DNA of 64,000 bases from Felis catus (lineage: Eukaryota). The DNA is taken from contig NC_058368.1 in the NCBI RefSeq assembly GCF_018350175.1, positions 104,968,001 through 105,032,000 on the forward strand, given 5' to 3'. The notes under the pieces were generated by a model that did not search any database, was not told the origin of the DNA, and worked only from the letters and a program-made list of their open reading frames with translations. Made by a program: the position numbers and the translations under genes. This document shows positions 1-12,540 of this stretch, in pieces; position 1 is the first letter of the stretch; every line of letters starts with the position of its first letter.

Positions 1-31
1 TACTTAAGTAAATTTTAAAAAATGAATTTGA

Positions 32-250
32 GGGGCACCTGGGTGGCTCAGTCAAGTTGAGCGTCCGACTTCGGCTCAGGTCATGATCTCACAGTTCGTG
101 GGTTTGAGCCCCACGTCGGGCTCTGTGCTGACAGCTCAGAGCCTGGAGCCTGGTTCAGATTCTGCGTCTCCCTCTCTCTGCCCCTCCCCTGTTCATGCTC
201 TGTCTCTGTCTCAAGAATAAATAAGCATTAGAAAAAATTAAAAAAAAAAT
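32..250 (+). mobile_element. CanSINE (SINEC) element
   Basis: GGGGCACCTGGGTGGCTCAG tRNA-like head, CT-rich linker, A-rich tail; TSD aaaaatgaat(t/a)tgag. Confidence 0.95.
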
Positions 251-739
251 GAATATGAGCCACTTTTCATATATTTGCCATTTTGTTATCTTCCTTTATG
301 AAGTACTAAGTCTCCTATTTTCCCATTAAGTTTTTTCTATTTCTCAAATGATTTTTAGAAACTCTTTATATACTCTGAGTAATACATGTTACAGATACCG
401 CACACTTGTCTTTCCACTCCCTCTGTGGTATGCGTCACTGAACAAAAGTTTAGATTATAACAGAGAGGGCTATTTCTCTCTTCCTTTATGGTTAGTGCCA
501 TTTGTGTCCTATTAAAAAAAAAAAAAGGAAATAAAGGAAAATCTTTACCCCAAGTTCTTGAAGACATTCTACATTGACTTACACATTCTTCACTGTTGTT
601 GCTTTTGTATTTGAGATTGACAGACCCTCTGGAATCATTTTATATGTGTATAAAGGGCATGACATAAAGGTTACAAGTTTTTCCCCTCAATAGAAATATA
701 CAGTTTTGCTGATACCATTTGTGTAAAAGACCATCCTTA

Positions 740-970
740 GGGGCGCCTGGGTGGCGCAGTCGGTTAAGCGTCCGACTTCAGCCAGGTCACGATCTCACGG
801 TCTGTGAGTTCGAGCCCTGCGTCAGGCTCTGGGCTGATGGCTCAGAGCCTGGAGCCTGTTTCCGATTCTGTGTCTCCCTCTCTCTCTGCCCCTCCCCCGT
901 TCATGCTCTGTCTCTCTCTGTCCCAAAAATAAATAAACGTTGAAAAAAAAAAATTAAAAAAAAAAAAAAA
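740..970 (+). mobile_element. Young felid CanSINE (SINEC_Fc type)
   Basis: Diagnostic ggcgcagtcgg...cttcagccaggtcacgatc...tgggctgatggctcag; perfect TSD aaaagaccatccttag (725-740 / 968-983). Confidence 0.97.
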
Positions 971-1074
971 AGACCATCCTTAGATTTACTGACCTTACAG
1001 CACTTTAACTGGATTAAAGTCCTTCTACCATATGTGCTTCTCTTTCCTTAAAAAGAGAAATTTTGTGTATTTTA

Positions 1075-1275
1075 TTAATTTTTTAATGTTTCTTTTTGAG
1101 AGAGAGACAAAACACCAGCAGGGGAGGGGCACAGAAAGAGGGAGACACAGAATCTGAAGAAGGCTCCAGGCTTTGAGCTGTTGGCACAAAGTTTGGGGCT
1201 TGAACCCATGAACTGTGAGATCAGGACCTCAGCCAACGTCAGACGCCTTAACCAAATAAGCCACCCAGGCACCCC
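1075..1275 (-). mobile_element. CanSINE element
   Basis: Reverse-complement SINE ending ccacccaggcacccc. Confidence 0.92.
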
Positions 1276-1289
1276 TTTACGTATGTTAA

Positions 1290-2960
1290 ATCTCAGTATA
1301 CATCATTGGTTTTGTTTATAAAATCAACATTCATTTATATTTACCTATGATTTACTCTTTTTATTGCTCTTTATTTCTTTTTGTGTTTCTGAACTTTCTT
1401 CTGGGATTATTTTCTTTTTTACCCTGAAGAAACCGCTTTCTACAGGTCCTTTATTGTGCATCTTCTGGGGTCATCCTTTTTTTAAAAATGTATTCCATAA
1501 TTTTTTTCATAATTTTTGAAGGATGCTTTCCCTGGTTATAGAATTCCGGTTTCACATATGTTTTTCCTTCAACACTTTTAAGGATAACATACTTATATCC
1601 TCTGGCTTCTATTGTTTCTATTTGTAAGCCAGTTGTCAGTCTTAATGTTGTTTCTTTGAAGACAGGTGATACAGGCTTTTACTCGAAATGCCTTCAAGAT
1701 TTTCTCTTTGCCTCTGGATTTCAGCAGATGTACCATGATGTGCTGAGAATCCATTACTTCCAAATTCTGTAGACCTCTATTCTGGGACTATAGCTACATG
1801 TACAATAGACATTTTCACTGTGTCCCTGATCTCTGTTCTCTATTCTGTCCTTTTCACTCTGAACTTCAGTCTGGTCATTTTCTTCCAATTAGCATTCAGT
1901 TTACTAATTCCTTCCTCTCTTGTGCCTACTCTGTTACTAAACTCATCTACTGAGTTCTTGATACTCTCTTCTTCAGCACTACAATTTCTATTTTTGTATT
2001 TTTGATAATTTCCTTTTTTTTTTCAACGTTTTTTATTTATTTTGGGGACAGAGAGAGACAGAGCATGAACGGGGGAGGGGCAGAGAGAGAGGGAGACACA
2101 GAACCGGAAACAGGCTCCAGGCTCCGAGCCATCAGCCCAGAGCCCGACGCGGGGCTCGAACTCACGGACCGCGAGATCGTGACCTGGCTGAAGTCGGATG
2201 CTTAACCGACTGCGCCACCCAGGCGCCCCGGTAATTTCCATTTTTGGATAAAAGTCTCCATTTTTTCTTTTAGTTCCTTCAAAATATTAATTTTGGTTAT
2301 TTTAAAGATCCCATCTGGTAGCGTTATCTTCTGAACCTCCTGTGGGTCAGTTTCTATTGCTGATTCTTTTCTCTTAGTTTCTGGTAAAAACCTGTCTTCT
2401 TGTAACAGCTGCTCATTTTTGATTGAGGGCTAAACATCGTGTATGAGAACCGCCATGGTAATTTGAGACTCTGTATTTTCCTTCAGAGAGGATCTAGTTT
2501 TGCAAGGAACCAGGTTAGCAGCATATCAACTTAACCCACTAAGACATTAAAATAATTTAAGGTGCTTTTAATCCTTCTGAGGAGTGGGATGCTCTATTTT
2601 TGGCTCAGTCTTACTCCTGGAATGTACCTGAAACCCGTGGCAGGTCTCACACTCCGTTTCTCTCTCCCTAGTCCTGCGAAACTGACAAAAGCTGTGTTCC
2701 ATTTCTTACCTCAGCCACCGCTTTCATATTTCGCAATATTCCCAGTGATTCAATTGGTGCCAGGCTTATGCCTTTTTCTACATACATGGAAAATTTGTTC
2801 TCCCTTCACTCCTGGACGTTGGTTCCACAAGTTTTCACTTCTTTCGCAGCTTCCTGATTTCAACTAAATGTTTTTTGTTTTTGTTTTTGTTTTTTTATAC
2901 GATATGTTGTCTGGCTTTTCATTTGCTCTTTCTGGGAGGGTTGTATCTAAAAATCTCAGT
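1290..2960 (-). mobile_element. Ancient degenerate L1M fragment (ORF1/5' region), interrupted by a SINE
   Basis: T-rich sequence with antisense L1 ORF1-like motifs (gaaggatgctttccctggttatagaattc, tcaagattttctctttg, catctactgagttcttgat). Confidence 0.6.
2014..2229 (-). mobile_element. Young felid CanSINE
   Basis: Near-consensus and CpG-rich; TSD g(a/g)taatttcc. Confidence 0.97.
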
Positions 2961-3435
2961 TGCTGTTGCTAAAAGTAAAACTCACCTTGTCATTTAAATA
3001 AAAGCTATTGTGTCTCTAAGTATATGGTCAGGGAAATGCAGAGATTTATCATTTAATAGAATTTTCAAATCCAAAGTCCTTTGCAGAAAACCATTAAATT
3101 CCAAGCAAGTTCTTTTGAAATATATCAGAACAAGTAGAACTATAGAGGAGTCTATCGGAGTATTCAAATTACACCTCCACACACCCTGCACACCAGTGAG
3201 GTTATCGCATGTCAGAGGGGTAGGAGATACCTAGATTATCGCGGTTTGTGGTGGTGGCTTTTGCTCAGAAGCAGCCACTCGTCAGAGTACAGATTTAACT
3301 TCCTGACCACAACGCAGTACCTGCCCATCATCCTAAAATCTACTTGCCTCTTAGGAGGCTTTGTAATTAGCATTATTCCCTATCAATTCAATAATAGGTA
3401 CTAAGAGCCAGATGGTTTCTATGAGTGGTGCCTCT

Positions 3436-3647
3436 TTTTTAAAAAAAAAATTTTCATGGTTCTTTGAGAGAGAGACAGAAAGAGCTTGAACAGGTGAAGG
3501 GCAGCGAGAGAGGGAGAGAGAGAATCCCAAGCAGGCTCCACACTAGCAGTTCAGCCTGATGCAAGGCTCCAAGTCGTGGACTGTGAGATCATGACCTGAG
3601 GTGAAATCCAGAGTTGGACACAAGTGACTGAGCCACAAAGGCGCCCC
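3436..3647 (-). mobile_element. Older CanSINE
   Basis: Diverged SINE body ending gagccacaaaggcgcccc. Confidence 0.88.
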
Positions 3648-4000
3648 ACATACGACCCACTTTTAATGCCTAGTTCCAAATTCTTAGTGCATCCCTGCAA
3701 AGTGAGTGTTAGTATCATTTCACACATTTTTTAAAAAGGTTATTCCACTCAAAGGATGGCCCATGGAACACCAACACCATGGAGGTCCTATCTACCATTA
3801 TACTTCAGGGCTTGACACGATTATAAATATTAATAAATTTAATACAAAAATGGGTAAATATCTTGTGACTAAAGGAGCTCAAGTGTGTATGACCCCATAG
3901 GCCAGTTTTTTTTTTTTTCTGTACCATGCAGGATGATTATTTAATGCGTATGTTGTGCTCTTTCTTTTCAGTACGAAAACTTTTTTAAAATATCAAATGC

Positions 4001-4210
4001 GGGGCGCCTGGGTGGCGCAGTCGGTTAAGCGTCCGACTTCAGCCAGGTCACGATCTCGCGGTCCCTGAGTTCGAGCCCCGCGTCGGGCTCTGGGCTGATG
4101 GCTCAGAGCCTGGAGCCTGCTTCCGATTCTGTGTCTCCCTCTCTCTCTGCCCCTCCCCCGTTCATGCTCTGTCTCTCTCTGTCCCAAAAATAAACAAAAA
4201 AATTTTAAAA
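4001..4210 (+). mobile_element. Young felid CanSINE
   Basis: Near-consensus; perfect TSD aaaatatcaaatgc (3987-4000 / 4211-4224). Confidence 0.97.
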
Positions 4211-4404
4211 AAAATATCAAATGCAAGTCTGGCTTTGAAAGGACTGTCAGTCACTTAATGATGAAAGAAGGAGTTTAAATTGATTTAAAGATGACTGTCC
4301 ATCAGAAGTGTTCAACTTGAAACGACCAGACTACTGAAAGCTGCAGACTGAACTCCTGAGGAGTGAAGAACTGAAAGCAACCATTGCAGAATGGGAGAGC
4401 TCCA

Positions 4405-4575
4405 AGTTAGAAACTCTGGATTTGAAACACGGGCTCAGCCCTCAGGACCTGGGTAATTTCAAGCAAATTCTTCATCTCTTCAAGCCTCACATTTTTTATG
4501 AGTAATACACAAGTGCTGATACCACAGGCACAAGACCATTGTGGGAAATACATTAAGTGATATTCACAGTCAACT
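4405..4575 (+). mobile_element. MIR relic
   Basis: Core-like ctctggatttgaa...gcaaattcttcatctcttcaagcctcaca. Confidence 0.55.
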
Positions 4576-5921
4576 CCTTTAAGTCCATTTACTCTGAACA
4601 TCTGCCCACCATGATGATGGCTGTGATGTTGGAAAACGGGAATGTTTCATGTAATGGAAACCCTAAGTGCTAGCCAACCAGTCATCCACCCAGCACTGCG
4701 GCATGTGCTACGCTGGGCATAACATGACACGTCCACGTTGCTCTCCTCTATCAGTCCTTCAGGGCTGATTTTTCAAGGATGGTTTTCACCACACAGACAC
4801 TTCTATTGTGACTGGATAAATGTATTCCCAAAAACCTTTGCTTTCCGTATAATTGCGTCTAAGAAATAGAAGTTACATGAACGGATGGTGTTAGGGTCTG
4901 ATTATTCAGAACTCATCCCTCTTGGAAACCAGAGCAGTAAGAAATTTGATGACAACCTCAACTAGAATATCACACAATTAAAAACAAAACCAAACCAACT
5001 AAACAAACAAACAAACAAACAAAAACGTGTTACATTCCCAATAGGACAACAAGACAACTCTTACCGGAGTGCAAAAAAAAAAATGAGGTTCTGGTTGAAT
5101 ATGGTGACGAAGCAGATTCCTAAACTCACCTTCTCCTACATATGCACTGAAACTATGGCTCCATGCAGAAAAATACCTGCGTGTAACATCTGGATAAGTA
5201 CTGAATAATCAGACTGTAACATCTCCAGTCTTTGTATGAACAAGACCCGTGTGCCTGCCTTGGTGCTTTGGCCTGAGAAGCAGGCTTCTGGTCTGGCTCC
5301 CAACTAGGAACCTACTAAGACACTGTCTGCGGACAGAGGCCTGTGAGCACCATCTCTGTGACTCTCCTCTGCTTCGCTCTGGGTCACTGGAATCTCCTGG
5401 GGGTGGGGGTTGGGGAACCAGTCATCTGGTGCCCTGATCTCTGTGGCTGCCGCCAAGGTAAACACTTGTTAATTGCCTGGCTCTGGTGGCCAGAGGGATC
5501 TGCGCCAGCAGGCCCCATGGGACTGTTACAAATGGACAGTTTTTAACAACCTACCTCCCTTGCAGGGCAAGCGCAGAGACAGCAGAATGACACCTGTCCC
5601 CACAGTCTGTCTGTGAAAGAGTCCCCTGAGCTTATTCTCGCAGCTGCAGCCTGAGGGGCAGGTTTGTACTTAAACGTACATCCGGAGGCTGACAGCAGTC
5701 ATTTCCAGAGACTAGAGAGGCCAGAGGTGCGGACTTCATGCTCTTCTTTTGCCCCACCCTGGGCTGTTCAAGTCTCCAAAAAAAGACCTTATGTACATAT
5801 CTGGCAATTAGGCCATGATGTCTGTTGCCCGGAGGACATCCCTTGATAGTCTGGTTCTAGTGGCCAGTAGGGTTTGTGCTGACAGGTTCAATGGGATGGT
5901 AGTAAACCAAGAAGCAGTCCC

Positions 5922-5964
5922 TTTTTTTTTTTTAATGTTTATTTTTGAGAGAGAGAGAGAGAGA

Positions 5965-5995
<31 letters not shown>

Positions 5996-6163
5996 GGTGG
6001 GACGAGGAGGGGCAGAGAAGAGAGGGAGACACAGAATCCGAACCAGGCTCTAGGCTCTGAGCTGTCAGTCCAGAGCCAGGGGCAGAGCTCAAACTTAGGA
6101 ACCATGAGATCATGACCTGAGCCACAGTCAGACACTTAACCGACTGAGCCACCCAGGTGCCCC
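5922..6163 (-). mobile_element. CanSINE in L1 5'UTR
   Basis: SINE body; TSD aagaagcagt(c/t)c. Confidence 0.93.
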
Positions 6164-6279
6164 AAGAAGCAGTTCTTAATTGTGGGTCATTCCAGGGCTC
6201 AGCACAGAGGACACAAGCAGAAACATCACCCTCCCAGTCTTCTCCTGAAAGAAGTATTTTTGCATACTTTAAAAACTGC

Positions 6280-6403
6280 TGGAGGCTTCTAGGTGGCTCA
6301 GATGGTTGACTGTCCAACTTCAGGTCATGATCTTATGGCTAGTGGGTTCAAGCTCAGCATCAAGCTGTCTGCTGTCACCACAGAGCCTGCTTTGGATCAT
6401 CCG

Positions 6404-6439
<36 letters not shown>

Positions 6440-6533
6440 CCTCCCCTGCTTGTACTCCCTCTCCCTCTTTTAAAAATAAACATTAAATACATACATACAT
6501 ACATACATACATACATACATACATACATACATA
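6280..6533 (+). mobile_element. CanSINE with (CATA)n tail
   Basis: SINE body; tail converted to a tetranucleotide repeat at 6488-6533. Confidence 0.9.
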
Positions 6534-8042
6534 CTGCTGCCTAAGGATCTGGCTTCCACTCAGCCTACATTTAGGTGCTGAGATCTGCCTCTTTGGAACA
6601 GTGACAGCTCTTACACCCTCAACTACTAAAGCCACTAGAAAGAAATTAGTTGCTTGGAAAATTGCAAAGGTTTGGTAGACAACCAAGAACTAGGACAAGG
6701 TTGAATGTTGACGCCATTCCTTCAAGAATGGGAGAGGTGGCTGCTTTAAACAATGCAAAGAAGCCAAGACAGATAATCAAGGAAAATGAAGAAACAGAGG
6801 AATGTGTTCCAAATGAAAGGACCAGACAAAACTTCAGAGAAAGACCTTAATGACACGAAGTTACGTGACTTACCTGATAAAGAGTTCAAAATAATGGTCA
6901 TAAATATTCCCACTTAACTAAGGAGAAGAATGGATGAAAAGAATTTCAACCAAAAGGGAATACAATAAAGTATCAAAATAAAAGTCCAAAAGATAAAGAA
7001 TATAATAAGCCAACTGAAAAACACCGAGAGGTTCACAGAAGTCTAAATGAAGAAGAAAGGATCAATGAACTCAGGCTAAGGCAGTGAAACTCAATCACAG
7101 CAGCATAAAGAAAAAAGAATGAAAAGAGTAAACATGGCTTAACGGGTTAAGGGGATATCATAAAAAGACCACCATTCACATTACAGAGAACTCAGAAGGA
7201 AAAGACACAGAGAAAAGGAAGGAAACTTAATTGAAGAAAATCATGGCTGAAAATTTCCCTAACCTGGAAAGGCACAGATATGCAGAGCCAGGATGTCCAG
7301 CAAGTCCCAAACAAGAGGAGCCCCAGGAGACCCCACAGCAAGACACATTATAATTCAAGTGTTGAAAGTTCAAGACCAGGAAATAATCTTAAAACCCGCA
7401 AGAGAAAAACAACTTGTTACATACAATGAATTCACATAGACTATCTGCAGATTTTTAAGCAGATTTGCAGGCCGTAATGAAATGCAATATATTCAAAGGG
7501 CTGAAATGAAATTAAAGACAAAACCAAACAAAAAACAGGTGACCAAAAATACTCTACCTGGCAAAGTTGTCCTTCAGAATTTAAGGAAAGAGAAAGAATT
7601 TTACAGATAAGGTAAGGCTTAAAAGGTTTATCACCACCAGTCCAGCTTTACAAGAAATGTTAAAGGAACTTCTTTAAGGTGAAATAAAGGAATGATAATT
7701 AGTAACAGGAAAACCTATTATAAATCTCATTATTAAAGATAAATATTTATGTTAAAATTTAAAATAATCTAGTGGCGTGAAGGTTGTATGCTCATGACTT
7801 ATAAAGTTAGTATAAGCTTAGAAAATAAATTTAGTAAAAGTAACTATAACTACACTAAGTTAATGGATACACAAGATAAAACAATATTAATTGTGACATC
7901 AGAAACATAAAACATGGAAGCAGGGGAAGAATAAGAATGTAGAGCATTAGAACACATTCAAACTTAAGTTATTATCAATTTAAAATAGGCTAATAGAAGT
8001 TGTTTTATATAAGATTTAAGTTTACCACAAAGCAATAACCTG

Positions 8043-10151
8043 CATCAGAGCTGAAGAATTCAGCTCCTAAAATTGAAAATATACTAGAAGGTATCAACAT
8101 ATTAGAGAATTCAGAAGAAGAGATGAGCAATCTGGAAGACAGGGTAATGGAAAGCAACCAAGCTGAAGAGCAAAAAGAAAAAAAAGAATAAAAAATGACA
8201 ATAGGTTAAAGGAACTCAGAAACATCATCAAGTATAATACTATTGGCATACAGGGATTCCAGAGGGAGAAGGGAGGAAGGGGAGGGGACGGAAAATTTAT
8301 CTGCAAAATTAATAGGTGAAAACTTCCCTAATCTGGTTAAGTAAACAGACATCCCGGGCTAGAAATCACAGAGAACCCCTAGCGAGATGAATACAAGAAG
8401 GTACACATGAATACACATAATAATTAAGATGGCAAAAATCACAGAACTTTAAAATCAGCAAGAGAAAATAGTTACATATATACAAACAACAAGCCCCATA
8501 AAGCTAGGGCTGATTTGTCAGCAGAGACTTTGCAACCCAGAAGGGAATAGTATGATCTATTCCAAAAAATACATCATGAAAGGAAATAACCTACAACCCA
8601 GAATACTCTGCCTAGCAAGTTTATCATTCAGAAGAGAATGAGAAATAAAGAATTTCCTTGATCAAAGAAAGGAGATAAAGAGTTTACCCACAATAACCAG
8701 CCTTACAAAAAATGTTAAAGGGAATTCTTTCAATGCAAAGGCTACAACTAGGAGAAAATTGGAAGAGCAAAAAAATTTACCGGTAAAAGCAAATGTTTTG
8801 TAAAATAGTAGATCACTTGTAAACCCAGTATGGAGGTTAAAATACAAAAGTAGTAGAAGAGATTATTTCTACAAAAATTAGCCAAAGGATAAGCAAAATT
8901 AAAAAAAAGGAAAATATGGTATCATGTACCATATTCACAGAGGGAATAAAAAAGTAGTGCTTTTAGAATGTGTTTGAACTTTCTGTGACCCTCAAATTCA
9001 GATAGATTGTTATACACAATGATGCTATAAATAAACCCAATAGTAACTACAAATCAAATACCTGTAATATATACCCAAAAAATTAAGAGAAAGAAAGCCA
9101 TGCTTAACACCAATGAAAGCCATCAAAAACCACAAGGGAAGAAAGCAAGTGGAGAAGCAAACAAACAGAGACAAACTACAGAAACAACCAGAGAACAAGT
9201 AACAGAATGGCCATAAGTACAGATCAATAATTACTTTAAATGTAAATGGACTAAATGATCCAACCAAAAGACAGAGTGACTGAATGTGAGATCATGACCT
9301 GAGCTGAAATCAAGAGTTGGCTGCTTAGCTGACTGAGCCACCAAATACTCCCACAAAGTGGGTTCAGAGGGAACATACCTCAACATAATAAAGGCCATAT
9401 ATGACAAATTCACAGCTAACATTATGCTCTATGGTGATAAATACAACTTTTTTTTCCCTAAAATCAGGAAAAAGACAAGAATTTCCACTCTGACCACTTT
9501 CACTCAATACAATACTGGAAGTCCTGGCTACAGCAATCAGACAAGGAAAAATAAAGGCATCCAAATTATTAAGGAAGAAGCAAAACTCTCTATTTGCATG
9601 TAACATAACACTACACACTGAAAACCTTCAAGACTACACCAAACAAACAAACAAACAAACAAACAAACAAAAAAACTATGAGAATTGACAAATCAGTTCA
9701 GTGAAGTTGCGGGATAGTCAATTAAGACACAGAAATCTGTTGTGTTTTCACAGACTAGAAGAGAGTAGGAGAAAGAGAATTTAAGAAAACAAGTCTATTT
9801 ACAATTGCATCAAATACAACAAAATGCCTAGGAATAAATTTAGCCAAGGAGGTAAAAGACCTATCCTCTGAAAACGATAAGACACTGATGAAATTAATTT
9901 AAGATGACACTAATAAATAGAACGATATTCCGTGCTCATTGACAGGAATGTCAAAACTGGAAGTTTATAACTTACAAAGTCAGATAAAAATACTGCATAC
10001 AGAATATAGACAATATTACAATAATGTTGTATGGTGATAAGATGGGGACTATGCTTATCATGGTGAACATTAAGTAACTTATAGCATTGTCAAATCAGTA
10101 TGTTGTACGCCTAAAATATATGATTGTATTTAATTATACTTCAACAAAAAA
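8043..10151 (+). mobile_element. Nested, 5'-truncated, internally deleted L1
   Basis: Second copy of the ORF1 3' half and ORF2 start (8043-9284), mid-ORF2 piece (9353-9950; MGSEGTYLNIIKAIYDK), 3'UTR with A-tail; host resumes at cctatagtagatacac. Confidence 0.82.
9285..9352 (-). mobile_element. CanSINE head fragment at an L1 deletion junction
   Basis: tgtgagatcatgacctgagctgaaatcaagagttgg...gactgagccacc only; linker and tail absent. Confidence 0.85.
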
Positions 10152-10326
10152 TCCCAAAAGCCTATAGTAGATACACAATAGGTAAACCAAAAGAATTCTA
10201 ATCACATCACTGTGGAAAAATCAAACAACAAAAGCACAGATCGAGAATAGAGAACAAAAGCATTAAAAGACTGTCAGAAATCCATGAACAAAATTACAGT
10301 AAGTCCATACCCATCAATAATTACTT

Positions 10327-10535
10327 AAAAAATTTTTTTAATCTTTTTTATTTTTGAGAGAGAGACAGCATGTGAGCAGGGGAAGAGCAGAGAGAGGGAG
10401 ACACAGAATCCAAAGCAGGCTCCGGGCCCTGAGCTGTCAGCACAGAGCATGACACGGGGCTCGAACTCACAAACTGTGAGATCATGACATGAGCTGAAGT
10501 TGAACGCTCAACCAACTGAGCCACCCAGGTGCCCC
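10327..10535 (-). mobile_element. CanSINE
   Basis: TSD atcaataattactt near the host L1 ORF2 start. Confidence 0.95.
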
Positions 10536-11536
10536 TATCAATAATTACTTTAAAAGTAAATGGACTAAATTCTCCAATTAAAAGACAGACTGGCTGAATG
10601 AATTTAAAGGGAAAAAAAAAAAGACCTAACTACGTGCTGCCTGTCAGGGACTACCTCAGCTTTAAGAACATACACAGACTGGAAGTGAAGGGATAGAAAA
10701 AGATATTCCATACAAACAGAAAGCAAAGCAAAAGAAAACAGAGATAACTGTTCTTTATCAGGGAAAATTTACTTTAAATCAAAGACCGCATTAAGAGACA
10801 AAGTCATCATACAGCGATACAGCGATCAAATAAGAGGGTATAACACTCGTAAGGCTTATGCACCCCAAACCAGTAAGGAGCAATTAAACAGATAGGCAAA
10901 CATTAACAAGACCAAAAGAGACAAACAATAACACAGTAACAGTAGGGAACTTCAACACTTTATTTTCATCAATGGTAGATTATCCAGAACAAAAACCAAT
11001 AAGGAAACATTGGACTTACACATTGAGATGAATTAATAGATATTTATAAAACATTCGATCTAAAAGCAGAATACACACTTTTCTAAAGTGCACATGAAAC
11101 ATTCTCCAGGATACATCATATATTGAGCAACAAAAAACTCTTATTACATTTAAGGCTGAAATCATAACAAGCAGTTTTCCTGGTTCTAACAGTTTAAAAC
11201 TTTATTTATAAGAAAAAAAATGGAAACTTCACAGATATGTGGAAATTAAACAACATGATACTACGCAACCCATGGGTCAAAGAAGATATAAAAAAATAAG
11301 ATAAAAAGCAGCTCTAAACCTCATCAAACTGGGGGTGGGGGAAAAGAATATAGAAGTCTGAAGTTAGTAGAAGCAAGGTTGTAACAAAGACCAGAGCAGA
11401 AACGAATAAAATAGGGACAAAAAAGACAATAGAGAAGATGAAACGAAGAGCTGTTTTTTGAAAAGACTGACAAACCTTTATGTAGATTCATCAAGAAAAA
11501 TAGAAGAATCAAATAAATCAGAAATGAAAGAGGAGA

Positions 11537-11715
11537 GGGGCACATGGGTGGCTCAGTCAGTTAAGCATCCAACTTCAGCTCAGGTCATGATCTCGCAGTC
11601 TGTGAGTTTGAGCCCCATGTCAGGCTCTGTGTTGACAGCTCAAATCCTGGAGCCTGCTTTGAGTTCTGGGTCTCCCTCTTGCACTCTGTCTCTCTCTCAA
11701 AAATAAACAATAAAT
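11537..11715 (+). mobile_element. CanSINE whose tail is interrupted by a younger SINE
   Basis: SINE body; outer TSD agaaatgaaagagga resumes at about 11980. Confidence 0.92.
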
Positions 11716-11953
11716 TTTTATTTATTTTTCTTTTTTAAATTTTTTTTTCAACGTTTTTATTTATTTTGGGGACAGAGAGAGACAGAGCATGAACGGGGGA
11801 GGGGCAGAGAGAGAGGGAGACACAGAATCGGAAACAGGCTCCAGGCTCTGAGCCATCAGCCCAGAGCCTGACGCGGGGCTCGAACTCCCGGACCGCGAGA
11901 TCGTGACCTGGCTGAAGTCGGACGCTTAACCGACTGTGTCACCCAGGCGGCCC
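11716..11953 (-). mobile_element. Young felid CanSINE inserted antisense in the tail of the previous SINE
   Basis: Young diagnostic motifs in reverse orientation. Confidence 0.95.
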
Positions 11954-12423
11954 ATTAAATTTTTTTTTTAAATAAAAAAAGAAATGAAAGAGGATAGGTT
12001 ACAACCAATACTAGAGAAATACAAAGGATCATAAGAGACTACTAGGAACAATTATAGAACAAAAAATGAAAAATGTTGGAGAAACAGATTAATTCTAATA
12101 ATATACAACCTACAAAGAATGAATCATGAAGAAATAGGAAATCTGAACAGAGTAAGGAGATTTCATCAGTGATCAACAGTCTTCCAAGAATCCAAAGGCC
12201 ATGAGATTAGTTTGATTGGTGAATTCTATCAAACATTTAAGGAAAATTAATACCAAGTCTTCTCAAACTATTCCAAAAAATTCAAGAGGAGGGACCACTT
12301 CCAAACTCGTTCTATGAGACCAGCATTACCTTGATAACAAAACCAGACAAGAATACCACAAGAAAATAAAATTACAGGTCAATATCCCTAGTGAATATAA
12401 ATGCAAAAATGCAAAAGTCTTCT

Positions 12424-12540
12424 GGAGCACCTGGCTGGCTCACTTGGAAAAGCATGTAACTCTTGATCTCAGATTCACGAGTTTAAGCCCCATGTTGGGT
12501 GTAGAGATTACTACAAAAAATAAAAAGACTTAAAAAAAGA
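12424..12540 (+). mobile_element. Short ancestral-type CanSINE (SINEC_old-like)
   Basis: tRNA-like head + gttgggtgtagagattact + A-tail, with no CT-rich linker. Confidence 0.82.

Noticed and set aside
32..110. tRNA-like A/B boxes at SINE heads
   Set aside because: These are tRNA-derived SINE promoters, not tRNA genes
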